Shown here: positions 1 to 9,207 of the stretch, in pieces
Position numbering within the stretch: position 1 is the first letter of the stretch
How the letters are laid out: the number at the start of each line of letters is the position of its first letter
Source of the DNA: Bacteroidota bacterium
GTDB taxonomy: Bacteria > Bacteroidota > Bacteroidia > Bacteroidales > JAADGE01
Reading direction: 5' to 3'
NCBI GenBank assembly: GCA_024277895.1
Contig: JAJRUH010000023.1
Location: 1,210-65,209 of the forward strand
DNA: 64,000 nt
Notes under the pieces: generated by a model
What the model was told of the DNA's origin: nothing
The model's database searches: none
Seen by the model: the letters and a program-made list of their open reading frames with translations, nothing else
Program-made: the position numbers and the translations under genes

Positions 1-862
1 TTATTTTTAATAAAATGAATAAGAAAACAGTAAATATAACCGGTATAATCATTTCATTCAGCATACTCCCTGCAATAAAAAATCTGCTGTTTACGGTCAC
101 GGCATTTTTTATGCTTCCGATAATTTGTTCATTAAAATATTTCTCAAAAAATACTCTCGCCCCTTCAGAAAACCGGTATATTAAAATAAAAGGTAAAGCA
201 GTAAAAACAAAAAAGAACAATGTATTCGTAATCATTCTGTAAAAACTGATTTTACGATAAACAAACCAATATAAAAACGGAACGCTTAAAATAAAAAGAG
301 CCGTAAATCCTTTACTTAAAAATCCGGCAAAAAGAAAAATTCCCGATAAAAAAAGCATCCGAAATCTATTTCTGTCATAACTTTTAATTAAAAATAAAAA
401 AGAAAGCAAGGTAAAAACAGTTACCGTATTTTCAAGCATATTATTTGAATATGCCCAATTAACTAAAGGGAAAGAAAGCCAAACCAACAGTGAAATAATA
501 ATAGTTGATTTATTCCTGTTTTTGATAAATGATTTTAATATTACAATAATTAAAACTATTGCAACAAGTCCTGTTATGAAAGAATAAATACGTTCAACAT
601 AAATACTGTCACCGAATATTCTGAAACCGAGCGATTCTGAATAAAAAACCAAAGGCGGATGACCGTAAAAAGGATTCATAATTATTTCAGAGAATTTCAT
701 ACTCCAAAACGTACCGAAACCCTCTGCCAAGTTTCGAGAAATTACGGCATATATTGTTCCGTCCATAAACATTCCGTCAGACCATAATGCAGGAGCCGTA
801 ATTCCGATAAAAAGTGCAAGAACAAAAAAATACGAATAATATTTTTTAAAAAACTCCTTCAT
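1..862 (-). CDS. Glycosyltransferase family 39 (ArnT/PMT_2-like) integral membrane protein, 3' end cut by window edge
   Basis: Absent from the ORF track because there is no stop in the window. Manual minus-strand translation from ATG 862-860 gives MKEFFKKYYSYFFVLALFIGITAPALWSDGMFMDGTIYAVISRNLAEG... This is an N-terminal TM helix followed by the D-G-x-x-Y-A loop typical of ArnT/PMT-type glycosyltransferases. I checked the frame for stops only near both ends. ATGA overlap with the stop of the upstream gene. Confidence 0.55.
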   Translation of the reverse strand, partial: MKEFFKKYYSYFFVLALFIGITAPALWSDGMFMDGTIYAVISRNLAEGFGTFWSMKFSEIIMNPFYGHPPLVFYSESLGFRIFGDSIYVERIYSFITGLVAIVLIIVILKSFIKNRNKSTIIISLLVWLSFPLVNWAYSNNMLENTVTVFTLLSFLFLIKSYDRNRFRMLFLSGIFLFAGFLSKGFTALFILSVPFLYWFVYRKISFYRMITNTLFFFVFTALPFILIYRFSEGARVFFEKYFNEQIIGSIKNAVTVNSRFFIAGSMLNEMIIPVIFTVFLFILLKI

Positions 863-1263
863 CATACTTCAAATATTTCTGAAATTTTTTGCATTATTTC
901 ATCGCTTACCTCTCTGTATTTTTCCGTAATTTCATATTCGCTGCCTTTTGCTTCAAAAGGGTCTTCAATATCAAAATGCAATTTCTTTTTTGCATTTATA
1001 TTTTTGCATCCCTTATCGGCACTTTCCGACAATGTAATCAAAAAATCAAATTTACGATTTTCAAAAACATCAATACTTTTCGGATATTGCCCGCTTATGT
1101 CAATTCCCTTTTCCGCAAGAACTTTTACGGCATAAGGGCTGATTTCTTTTTCGGGTTTTATTCCTGCGGAATAAACTTCAAATTCCGGCTTTAAAGATTT
1201 TAAAATACTTTCCGCCGTTTGGCTTCGGCAGGAATTTCCGGTGCATACAAAAAGAATATTCAT
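862..1263 (-). CDS. ArsC-type low-molecular-weight phosphatase family protein (arsenate reductase / LMW-PTP fold)
   Basis: 133 aa with N-terminal P-loop FVCTGNSCRS (C-X5-R-S). Collinear with thioredoxin-coupled Bacillus-type ArsC as I recall it, but only one of the two downstream redox Cys is present (TLSESADKGC). Confidence 0.75.
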   Translation of the reverse strand: MNILFVCTGNSCRSQTAESILKSLKPEFEVYSAGIKPEKEISPYAVKVLAEKGIDISGQYPKSIDVFENRKFDFLITLSESADKGCKNINAKKKLHFDIEDPFEAKGSEYEITEKYREVSDEIMQKISEIFEV

Positions 1264-1340
1264 ACTTTAATAATATGCACAAAGTTATTTTTTTTATTTT
1301 AATTTTAAGTATTAATTATGCAAGTCAAATTTCTTTATAA

Positions 1341-1916
1341 ATGAAAAACATTTTAATTATTAACGGACATCCGAGAAAAGAAAGTTTTAACGGAATTATT
1401 GCCGAAACATACAAATATGCAGCCGAAAAATCAACTGCCGTTGTTAAAATTATTAACGTTTCAGATTTAAAATTTGATGCCTTTCAAACACAATTTAAAG
1501 ATTATAATGCTTCGGAAGATATTTTAACGGCAAGAAAACTTATTAAAGAAGCAGAGCATATTGTTTGGGTCTATCCTATTTGGTGGTATTCGATGCCGGC
1601 ACTTTTAAAAGCTTTTATCGAACAAACTTTTATATCGGGTTTTGCATTTGAATATCTGAAAAGTAAAAAAGTATTGAAATGGAACAAATTCCTCACCGGA
1701 AAAACAACATCAATTATTTCGACAATGGATGCACCTCCGATGTATTACAATCTTTTTATAAAAAATCCCGGAGGAAAATTCCTTAAAGCAAGTATGGATT
1801 TTTGCGGAATAAAATTCAAAAATAAATTATATCTCGGTTCCGTTAAACTTTCAACCGAAGAAGAACGAAAAAAATGGCTCAAAAAAGTTGAAAAATTCGG
1901 AGAAAAATTAAAATAA
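1341..1916 (+). CDS. NAD(P)H-dependent oxidoreductase, flavodoxin-like fold (Flavodoxin_2, KefF/YrkL-like)
   Basis: 191 aa. ILIINGHPRKESFN start and WVYPIWWYSMPALLKAFIE motif are typical of this family. Confidence 0.75.
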   Translation: MKNILIINGHPRKESFNGIIAETYKYAAEKSTAVVKIINVSDLKFDAFQTQFKDYNASEDILTARKLIKEAEHIVWVYPIWWYSMPALLKAFIEQTFISGFAFEYLKSKKVLKWNKFLTGKTTSIISTMDAPPMYYNLFIKNPGGKFLKASMDFCGIKFKNKLYLGSVKLSTEEERKKWLKKVEKFGEKLK

Positions 1917-1933
1917 CAATAAAATATAAAAAT

Positions 1934-2695
1934 ATGAAAACAGTATTAATAACAGGCGCATCAAGCGGAATAGGAAAAGAAACGGCTTATGTTTTTGCAG
2001 AAAATAATTACAATTTAATATTGGCTGCAAGAAGAAAGGATAATCTTGAAACAATCAAAAAAGATATTGAAGAAAAGCATAATGTAAAAGTTGATATTTT
2101 TGATATAGACCTGTCAAAAACCGACAGTGCGGAGAAACTTCACAAACAAGTAAAAACCGCGAATTTACCCGTTGATATTCTTATAAATAATGCCGGTTTC
2201 GGAATTAACGGAGAATTTAAAGATACAGATATGAAAAGGGAAGAAAGTATGTTAATTCTTAATATTCTGACCTTAACGAAGTTAACAAAACTTTTTGTTC
2301 GGGATATGGTAAAAAAACAAAGCGGGCATATCGTAAATATTGCTTCTACGGCAGCGTTTCAAGCTATTCCGAAATTTGCGACTTATGCCGCAAGTAAAAC
2401 TTATGTGTTGCATTTCTCGGAAGCAATTGCTCAAGAGCTTAAAAAAGACAATATAAAAGTTACCGTAATTAATCCGGGAGCTACGGCTTCCGAATTTGCC
2501 GAAACGGCAGGATTTAAAGGTGATATTTTTTCAAAAGCACCTACGTCAAGAGATTTGGCAGAGTTTATTTTTTCTTCCGTGAAAAAAGGAAAAATTTCTG
2601 CAATTCACGGTTTTAAAAATAAAATTATGGCTTTTTCAACACGCTTAACACCGAGAAATTTGCTTACAAAAATTGCCGGAAAAATGATGGAATAA
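1934..2695 (+). CDS. Short-chain dehydrogenase/reductase (SDR) family oxidoreductase
   Basis: 253 aa. TGASSGIGKE cofactor motif, NNAG, catalytic Y-x-x-x-K (YAASK). Confidence 0.9.
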   Translation: MKTVLITGASSGIGKETAYVFAENNYNLILAARRKDNLETIKKDIEEKHNVKVDIFDIDLSKTDSAEKLHKQVKTANLPVDILINNAGFGINGEFKDTDMKREESMLILNILTLTKLTKLFVRDMVKKQSGHIVNIASTAAFQAIPKFATYAASKTYVLHFSEAIAQELKKDNIKVTVINPGATASEFAETAGFKGDIFSKAPTSRDLAEFIFSSVKKGKISAIHGFKNKIMAFSTRLTPRNLLTKIAGKMME

Positions 2696-2706
2696 AATAA
2701 GAACGA

Positions 2707-2825
2707 CACTCCGAAAAATCATCAGATGAATAATTTTGCTGATACCGAAATTCATTCAATTTCGTAATCAATCAGTTACAAATTCATCTGATGAGTAAAT
2801 CAATATTTACTGATTTTTCGGTGTG
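2707..2825. other. About 120-nt multi-hairpin element (long imperfect inverted repeat enclosing two small hairpins)
   Basis: Outer arms: 2707-2721 cactccgaaaaatca pairs with 2811-2825 tgatttttcggtgtg (1 mismatch). 2722-2731 tcagatgaat pairs perfectly with 2782-2791 attcatctga. Inner hairpins: cgaaatt/aatttcg at 2746-2764 and gtaaat/atttac at 2795-2810. Lies between the SDR stop and the AraC start. Confidence 0.4.
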
Positions 2826-2883
2826 AACTTAATAATAAATCTCATTTTCCGTAACTTTATAATTCCAAATTCGTTATAAATTT

Positions 2884-3987
2884 ATGGAACCAATTTTATA
2901 TATCGGAATTTCGCAAGCATTTTTTGCAGGGCTTTTTATAGCCGTAAAAAAAGAGCAAAGCACTGCCGACAAATTATTGGCTGTTTTGCTTTTTTTAATT
3001 GCCGCCGATATGAGTTTTTCTCTGCTGAAAACAAAAATTTCTTTTTTTACCGAAATACCGCCGGTTTTACCTCTTACATTCGGTCCTTTAGTTTATTTAT
3101 ATGTAAAAAGTATGATTTTTGAAGATTATAAATTTACATACAAATCTTTTTTCCATTTTATTCCGTTTATTTCATTTGCAATTACAACCCTTATTTTTAT
3201 TGATAAACCTATTATGCCGGGTAAAAATTTTTTTTACAATGACCGATTTTTACCTTACAGAATAACATACGCCGCAAGTTTTTTTGCCGTAAATACGATT
3301 TATGTAATTATTTCATTTGGTTTAGTTTTCAAACATCAAAAAAACATTAAAAATATATTTTCTTACACTTCTGAAAAAATTACGTTAAATTGGCTGAAAA
3401 TTGTTTTATTCAGTTTCCTGTTTGCCTATCTGATTGTTTATATTATCGGTGCTTGGTATTTAATTGAAAATAAAAATTTTTATGTCAAAAATATAAATCC
3501 TGTTGATTTTTCATATATAGGACTGACATTTTTTGCTTTTTCATTCAGTTTTTTCGGTTTCAGACAATTATCAATATATAAAACGAATGAAAAAATAAAA
3601 TCAAAAACAAAATACTCAAATTCAAAACTTAAAGAAGCCGAATTAAATATTTTAACTGAAAAATTAAACCAAATAATAACTCACGACAAACCGTATCTGA
3701 ATGAAAAATTAACAATTTCCGAACTTGCAGAGATGATGAATATTTCAAGACATCTTTTAACTCAAGTGATTAACAATAATTTAAACAAAAATTTCTATAC
3801 TTTCATAAATGAATACAGAATTGAAGAAGTAAAAAAAATGTTTGCCGACCCTAAAAAAAATCATTACTCAATTTTGGGAATTGCTTATGAATGCGGTTTT
3901 AATTCAAAATCTACTTTCAACACTTTATTTAAAAAATATACAGGAATAACACCTTCCGAATACCGAAAAAAAGTTCAAAATGCATAA
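2884..3987 (+). CDS. AraC-family transcriptional regulator with N-terminal multi-pass membrane domain
   Basis: 367 aa. About 230 aa with several hydrophobic helices, then an AraC/HTH_18 signature (ISELAEMMNISRHLLTQVI ... GFNSKSTFNTLFKKYTGITPSEYR). Confidence 0.8.
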   Translation: MEPILYIGISQAFFAGLFIAVKKEQSTADKLLAVLLFLIAADMSFSLLKTKISFFTEIPPVLPLTFGPLVYLYVKSMIFEDYKFTYKSFFHFIPFISFAITTLIFIDKPIMPGKNFFYNDRFLPYRITYAASFFAVNTIYVIISFGLVFKHQKNIKNIFSYTSEKITLNWLKIVLFSFLFAYLIVYIIGAWYLIENKNFYVKNINPVDFSYIGLTFFAFSFSFFGFRQLSIYKTNEKIKSKTKYSNSKLKEAELNILTEKLNQIITHDKPYLNEKLTISELAEMMNISRHLLTQVINNNLNKNFYTFINEYRIEEVKKMFADPKKNHYSILGIAYECGFNSKSTFNTLFKKYTGITPSEYRKKVQNA

Positions 3988-4076
3988 TTCGCACTTTTTT
4001 GTGTTCCGAACTTCGCAATTCGGACGATTTTAAACATCAAATATCCGAAATTTGTTTCATATTTTTAATTATAATT

Positions 4077-5102
4077 ATGAAACAAACAATTTTATTAACC
4101 GGAGCTTGCGGAACAGTCGGTTTTGAAACTTTAAAAGAACTAATTTCAAAAAAAGAAAAATATGAGATAAGAATTTTTGATTTGCCGACAAAAAAGAACA
4201 AGAAAAAATTCAAAAAATTCAAAAAACATATACAAACATATTGGGGAGATATTACAAAATATTCCGATATTTTTGAAGCCGTAAACGGAAGTGATTTCAT
4301 TATTCATACGGCAGCAATTATTCCGCCTGCCGCAGACAAATTTCCCGAACTTGCCGAAAAAATTAACGTAAACGGCACAAAAAATATTTGTGATGCAATA
4401 AATAATACAAATCCGGAAATTTTCTTGCTTTTCACTTCTTCAATTTCCGTTTACGGCGACAGAACAGAAAATCCTGAAATAAGTGTTTTTGACAAATTAA
4501 ATCCGAGCAAAGGCGATTTTTATGCCCGAACTAAAATAAAAGCAGAAGAAATAGTCAAAATAAATTTAAAAAACTTCAGTATTTTTCGCTTATCTGCCGT
4601 TATGCACCCGAAAATGAAATTAGACCCGCTGTTTTTTCATATGCCTTTAAATACTTCTTTGGAAATTATTACGACACAAAATTTAGCTTTTGCCCTTTGC
4701 GAAGCAATTGAAAAAAAAGATTTTATTAACGAAAGAATTTTTAATACAGGAGGCGGTAAAAATTGCAGAATAAAATATGAAGATTTTTTAAATGAAAATT
4801 TCAAAATATTCGGACTTAAAAAGTTAAATTTTCCGAAATATGCTTTCGCCGAAAAAAATTTTCACTGCGGTTTTTATAAAGACAGTTTTGTTTTAGAAAA
4901 TTTTTTACACTTTCAAAAAGATACGGTTGATGATTATTTTATACAAGTTCAAAAATCCGTAAATCCTTTTACAAAATTCTTATCATTGATTTTCAGCAAA
5001 TTAATAAAAATTCAATTACTGAAAAAATCAGAACCTTACAATGCCGTAAAAACAAAAAATGATAAACTTATAAATCTTTTTTTCAAAAAATCATACTGTT
5101 AA
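4077..5102 (+). CDS. NAD-dependent epimerase/dehydratase family protein
   Basis: Rossmann motif LLTGACGTVGFE lies directly after the ATG at 4077, and YARTK is a candidate Y-x-x-x-K. The track ORF begins at TTG 3999, but its 26 extra residues look non-coding. Confidence 0.7.
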   Translation: MKQTILLTGACGTVGFETLKELISKKEKYEIRIFDLPTKKNKKKFKKFKKHIQTYWGDITKYSDIFEAVNGSDFIIHTAAIIPPAADKFPELAEKINVNGTKNICDAINNTNPEIFLLFTSSISVYGDRTENPEISVFDKLNPSKGDFYARTKIKAEEIVKINLKNFSIFRLSAVMHPKMKLDPLFFHMPLNTSLEIITTQNLAFALCEAIEKKDFINERIFNTGGGKNCRIKYEDFLNENFKIFGLKKLNFPKYAFAEKNFHCGFYKDSFVLENFLHFQKDTVDDYFIQVQKSVNPFTKFLSLIFSKLIKIQLLKKSEPYNAVKTKNDKLINLFFKKSYC

Positions 5103-5105
5103 AAT

Positions 5106-5549
5106 ATGAAATTTCTAAAACTTATGATATTATTTCCGGCTGTTTTTTTTATTTCCGAAATTTATGCTCAAAAAAGTGAAAAAAATATTAGCGGAATATG
5201 GCTTACCGAAGACAAAAGAGCTGCAGTTAAAATTTTTAAAAAAGAAAATTTATATTTCGGAAAAATTGTTTGGGAAAAAGACCCTTGTGACAAAAACGGA
5301 AATCCGAATAAAGACATTAACAACCCTGACCCGAAACTTCGCAATAAATTACTGGACGGATTAATAATTATGAAAAAAATTAAATACGATTCTCACGAAA
5401 AAAAAGGTAACGGCGAAATATATAATCCGGAAAACGGCAAAACATATAAAATAAATATAGAACTTGCAGACAAAAATACATTAGAAGTAAGAGGTTATAT
5501 AGGCATTCCGCTTATAGGCAGCACAAATACGTGGAAAAGAATAAAATAA
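5106..5549 (+). CDS. Secreted DUF2147-like protein
   Basis: 147 aa. Signal peptide MKFLKLMILFPAVFFISEIYAQ. GIWLTEDKRAAVKIFKKENLYFGKIVW and C-terminal LEVRGYIG...TWKR resemble the DUF2147 pattern as I recall it. Confidence 0.6.
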   Translation: MKFLKLMILFPAVFFISEIYAQKSEKNISGIWLTEDKRAAVKIFKKENLYFGKIVWEKDPCDKNGNPNKDINNPDPKLRNKLLDGLIIMKKIKYDSHEKKGNGEIYNPENGKTYKINIELADKNTLEVRGYIGIPLIGSTNTWKRIK

Positions 5550-5654
5550 CGGACAAATTTTATTGATAGTCATCGTATCACTATTTCAATTTAAGTGAAA
5601 CAAATTTAAGACTGACAGGCTGTCTGCCGACAAATTGATACGATGACTTGCGAA

Positions 5655-5790
5655 TTTATTCCCGTATAAATCTGTGTTATCTGCGTTATCCGTGTGAAAT
5701 TCAGTATTATTCCCGTATAAATCTGTGTTATCTGTGTTATCCGTGTGAAATTCAGTATTATTCCCGTATAAATCCGTGTTATTTGTGTGA
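5655..5790. repeat. Tandem repeat, 51-nt period, about 2.6 copies
   Basis: tcccgtataaatctgtgttatctg(c/t)gttatccgtgtgaaattcagtatta starts at 5660, 5711 and 5762, and the third copy is shortened. The core tctgtgKtatctgYgKtatccgtgtga is shared with the arrays at 51651-52636. Confidence 0.85.
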
Positions 5791-5853
5791 AATATAATAT
5801 AAAATCCAACAATAAATAAAATTAAGTGCCTAATTCAACTTATATTTTTTAAT

Positions 5854-5861
5854 TATATTTG
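5854..5861 (+). promoter_or_regulatory. Bacteroidota -7 promoter box (TAnnTTTG)
   Basis: tatatttg at 5854-5861, 10 nt upstream of the ATG at 5872. Confidence 0.35.
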
Positions 5862-5871
5862 TAGAAAAACT

Positions 5872-6477
5872 ATGAGCCGATTTAATGAAATTGCAAAAAA
5901 TTGGGATGCACATCCGAGAAGACTTTTGCAGGCAGAAAAAATTTTCAATGCAATTGAACATAAAGTTTATTTAACTGATACAATGAATGTTCTGGACATC
6001 GGAACAGGAACCGGATTATTATTAATGCATTTTATTCCGAAAGTAAAACAAATTACCGGCATTGACAATTCAAAAGGAATGTTGGAAATGCTGAAAGAAA
6101 AGATTGATAAAAACAATGTAAAAAATGTGAATTATATGCTTTTTGATGCAGACAAAGATAAACTTCCGGAAAATAAATTTGATTTAGCCGTTTCAAGTAT
6201 GACTTTTCATCATATTGAAAAAACAGAGCATTTTCTGAAAGAAATATACAAATCATTGAAACCCGAAGGCAAACTTTGTATCGGCGATTTGGAAACCGAA
6301 GACGGTTCGTTTCACTCAAATCCTGATGAAAGTATAAAACATTTAGGTTTTGATAAAAATGAATTTTCGGTTCTTATGAAACAAGCAGGGTTTAAAAATA
6401 TTTCCGTTGAAACAATATTTAAAGTTGAAAAACCCGAAAAAAAATATCCGATATTTTTAGCTTGCGGAGAAAAATAA
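5872..6477 (+). CDS. Class I SAM-dependent methyltransferase
   Basis: 201 aa. Motif I VLDIGTGTGLL, Methyltransf_11/25-like. Confidence 0.8.
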   Translation: MSRFNEIAKNWDAHPRRLLQAEKIFNAIEHKVYLTDTMNVLDIGTGTGLLLMHFIPKVKQITGIDNSKGMLEMLKEKIDKNNVKNVNYMLFDADKDKLPENKFDLAVSSMTFHHIEKTEHFLKEIYKSLKPEGKLCIGDLETEDGSFHSNPDESIKHLGFDKNEFSVLMKQAGFKNISVETIFKVEKPEKKYPIFLACGEK

Positions 6478-6921
6478 TCACTCTAAATTATTTTTTTTCC
6501 ATTCCTTAAAGAAATCGGGTAAGTTTAATTCCAATTCGCGATTTTTATTCATAAAAATTTGAACAGTTCTTGCCGTAAGGATTAACTCATTATCTGATTT
6601 ACGTCGTATTTCGTATTCAAAACAAATTTTTGCGGCATAATTGTCTATTAAAGTCGTTTTTATAATAATTTCATCTTCATAAAACAACTGTTTCTTATAA
6701 TTAATATCCAATTTTACCAACGGAATTATAAATCCGTGTTTTTTAAATACATCCATATATGAAATACCGTATTTTTTGCCGAATGCTTCTCTGCCGTCTT
6801 CCAGATATTTTACATAACTTCCGTGCCAAACAATTCCCATAGAATCAACTTCGCTGAAACGAACTTTTATCTGCGTTTCATATGATAATGATTTTCCCGT
6901 ATGTAATTTTTTCAGTTTCAT
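6478..6921 (-). CDS. Hotdog-fold acyl-CoA/acyl-ACP thioesterase (4HBT/YbgC-like)
   Basis: 147 aa. VRFSEVDSMGIVWHGSYVKYLEDGREAF is typical of 4HBT thioesterases. Last gene of the polyene-type run. Confidence 0.8.
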   Translation of the reverse strand: MKLKKLHTGKSLSYETQIKVRFSEVDSMGIVWHGSYVKYLEDGREAFGKKYGISYMDVFKKHGFIIPLVKLDINYKKQLFYEDEIIIKTTLIDNYAAKICFEYEIRRKSDNELILTARTVQIFMNKNRELELNLPDFFKEWKKNNLE

Positions 6922-6927
6922 AAAACT

Positions 6928-7998
6928 TTAATATTTTTTACATCGTAAAATCGTATGACTTACACCTACATTTTCAATAATTTCAACAACTTTCAATCCT
7001 GCTTTTTCAGTAAGTTTTACCATATCTTCGGAATGATACATACGGCTGTTTCCGTTGGCAATGCAGGTAAAATAAAGCGAAGTTGCATGCAGACTGTATG
7101 TCGATGCTTCAAACCGTTGTTTATCCCAAAGTGTTTCCATTATGAACAATTCAGAATTATCATCCATCGCATCACGAGCATTGCTGATTAAATTTACGAC
7201 TTCTTCTTCGGAAAAACAATCTAAAAATTGGCTCATCCAAATAATGTCATAACCTTTGGGGTAGGGTTTTGAAAAATCAAGCAGATTAATAGGATATCCG
7301 TTTATTCTGTCAGAAAATCCGGCTTCGGCAATATTTTTTTCGGCATCTTTTAACTGTCCGGGTAAATCAAGAATAGTAATTTTTATATCTTTATTATAAG
7401 AAGCACATTTTATTGCAAATTTTCCGGTATTCCCGCCTGCGTCAAGAATTTTTTTCGGATTATTCTTAAAAAGAATCGGCATTACTTCAGGAAAAGAATC
7501 ATCGGAATAATAATGATCGAAACCAAACCAACTTTTTCTGAATTGTTCCGGCATTTCGGCAAGAGCTTCGTAAACGGTATTCCAATTTCCGAATTCTTTA
7601 TGCAGCCCGGTCGGTTTACCCTCTTTTATGGCTTCTTGCAGATGAAAAAAACCTTTATAATTAACATCTTGCGTAAAATCTGTATTAACACGAGTGATCT
7701 TGTCGGCAATCATAAAATAACCGGTTTTAGTCAAATAATATTTATCATCCTTTACTAATATCATTTCTAAACTTAAACCGGCTTCGAGCAATACCAATGC
7801 ACCGTATTCGGATATTTCAGCTTTATCTGCTATTTCTGTTACTGTTTTTCCGTTTTTATTTTTTCTTAAAAAAGTTAATATGCCGAAATCTCGCAAAGCT
7901 CTCGCAGCCTGAAACATAATGGGTGCAAATGCAATTTTTTGTGCATCGGTTTTTGCCTGTAAAGCTGATTTATTGTCGTTTCCGTAATTTCTTGCCAT
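6928..7998 (-). CDS. SAM-dependent O-methyltransferase-like protein (aryl-polyene/flexirubin locus type)
   Basis: 356 aa. N-terminal winged-helix/dimerisation-like region plus SAM motif ILDAGGNTGKF. Confidence 0.75.
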   Translation of the reverse strand: MARNYGNDNKSALQAKTDAQKIAFAPIMFQAARALRDFGILTFLRKNKNGKTVTEIADKAEISEYGALVLLEAGLSLEMILVKDDKYYLTKTGYFMIADKITRVNTDFTQDVNYKGFFHLQEAIKEGKPTGLHKEFGNWNTVYEALAEMPEQFRKSWFGFDHYYSDDSFPEVMPILFKNNPKKILDAGGNTGKFAIKCASYNKDIKITILDLPGQLKDAEKNIAEAGFSDRINGYPINLLDFSKPYPKGYDIIWMSQFLDCFSEEEVVNLISNARDAMDDNSELFIMETLWDKQRFEASTYSLHATSLYFTCIANGNSRMYHSEDMVKLTEKAGLKVVEIIENVGVSHTILRCKKY

Positions 7999-8044
7999 TT
8001 TTTTAATTATAAATTATGTGTTATGAATTGTCAATCGTTAATTA

Positions 8045-8944
8045 TCAGGTTTTCCAAAAATTATAAAAATTGAACCATTGTATCGGATATTTTTTAAGCA
8101 TTTTTTCAAGTTCCCGGACATAAATTTTTGATTTATTATAGATTTCTTCTTTTCGTTTGTTAATATTTCCGGGATAATCAATATAAAAAGGTTTCATTGC
8201 ATAAAAATGATAATGTTTATTTTTTTCCCTGAAAGCCGTTGCAAAAGAAATCGGGACTCCGTATTTTGCTGCCAAATGAAAGGGTCCTGACGGGAATTTT
8301 GCTTCTTCACCAAGAAAAATATGATTCAAAACATCCGAACCTTCGGTAAATCGATCGCCATGCATCACTAAAATTCCTTTATTTGTCAATATTTCATTAA
8401 TCTTAATCATATGTGAACCGTCATCTTTTAAGGGTATTATTTCAATTTTGTTTTCACCCTCAGCCGATTTCATAAATTCCTTTATTTTTTCATTTTCGGT
8501 ATCAACCATTAAGATATAAATTATTCCTTCGTAACGCTCAAGCAATTGACCTGCAATTTGCCAACTTCCGATATGGGCGTTTACCAATATTCCGCCGGTT
8601 TTTTTCTTAATCATATTTTGAATAAGTTCGGCATTTGTATGTTCCGTTGTGAATTTATTAACACAGCCGCCGGACATAATTGCAACTTTATCAATCAAAA
8701 TTTGTCCGAAAACAAAACTGTTTTTATAAATATAAAGTAAGGTTTTCCAAAAACCGAATTTCAATCTTTTTCGGAATAAATAATATTGTGAAGAACTTGA
8801 TTTATAAGAAAAAAGTACAAACCAAAAAGAAACAAATACCAATAAAAAATAGGCAGAAGTTAATCCTGCCTTTCGAATTAAAAATACAAAAATCTTATAA
8901 CCGGTTAATGAACCTTTGGTTTTTCCGTCCCAATTTTCGGACAT
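8045..8944 (-). CDS. Lysophospholipid/lipid A-type acyltransferase (LpxL/HtrB-like)
   Basis: 299 aa. N-terminal TM segment and a HIGSWQ box in the position of the HxGNWE acyltransferase motif. Confidence 0.7.
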   Translation of the reverse strand: MSENWDGKTKGSLTGYKIFVFLIRKAGLTSAYFLLVFVSFWFVLFSYKSSSSQYYLFRKRLKFGFWKTLLYIYKNSFVFGQILIDKVAIMSGGCVNKFTTEHTNAELIQNMIKKKTGGILVNAHIGSWQIAGQLLERYEGIIYILMVDTENEKIKEFMKSAEGENKIEIIPLKDDGSHMIKINEILTNKGILVMHGDRFTEGSDVLNHIFLGEEAKFPSGPFHLAAKYGVPISFATAFREKNKHYHFYAMKPFYIDYPGNINKRKEEIYNKSKIYVRELEKMLKKYPIQWFNFYNFWKT

Positions 8945-8946
8945 AA

Positions 8947-9195
8947 TTATTTACTGTTTATTTTTCTTTCAACAAAATTATAAAATTCCTGTAATGTTTT
9001 TACATTTTTTAATTCTTCACCTTTTATCTTAACATTGAAAACTTGTTCGACAATTACAATAATATCAATTACATCTAAACTGTCAATACCCAAATCTTTT
9101 GTTAATAAAGCTTCGGGAGTAATTAAATCTTCCTCAATTTCAATTTCATTTGTAAGAAATCGGTTCACTTTCTCAATTATTTCCTTTTTGTCCAT
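8947..9195 (-). CDS. Acyl carrier protein
   Basis: 82 aa. LGIDSLDVIDII phosphopantetheine attachment site. Confidence 0.85.
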   Translation of the reverse strand: MDKKEIIEKVNRFLTNEIEIEEDLITPEALLTKDLGIDSLDVIDIIVIVEQVFNVKIKGEELKNVKTLQEFYNFVERKINSK

Positions 9196-9207
9196 TCTTC
9201 TGCAAAA

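Noticed and set aside
15-242. 75-aa plus-strand ORF at the window start
   Set aside because: It is antisense to the open GT39-like reading frame that runs off the window edge, and it has no recognisable features.
3999-4076. TTG-initiated 26-aa extension of the epimerase/dehydratase ORF
   Set aside because: The Rossmann GxxGxxG motif follows directly after the ATG at 4077, and the extension begins only 12 nt after the upstream stop with an odd composition.
5606-5812. 68-aa minus-strand ORF (ITQITQIYTGIILNFTR repeated)
   Set aside because: It is an artefact of translating the 51-nt tandem repeat.
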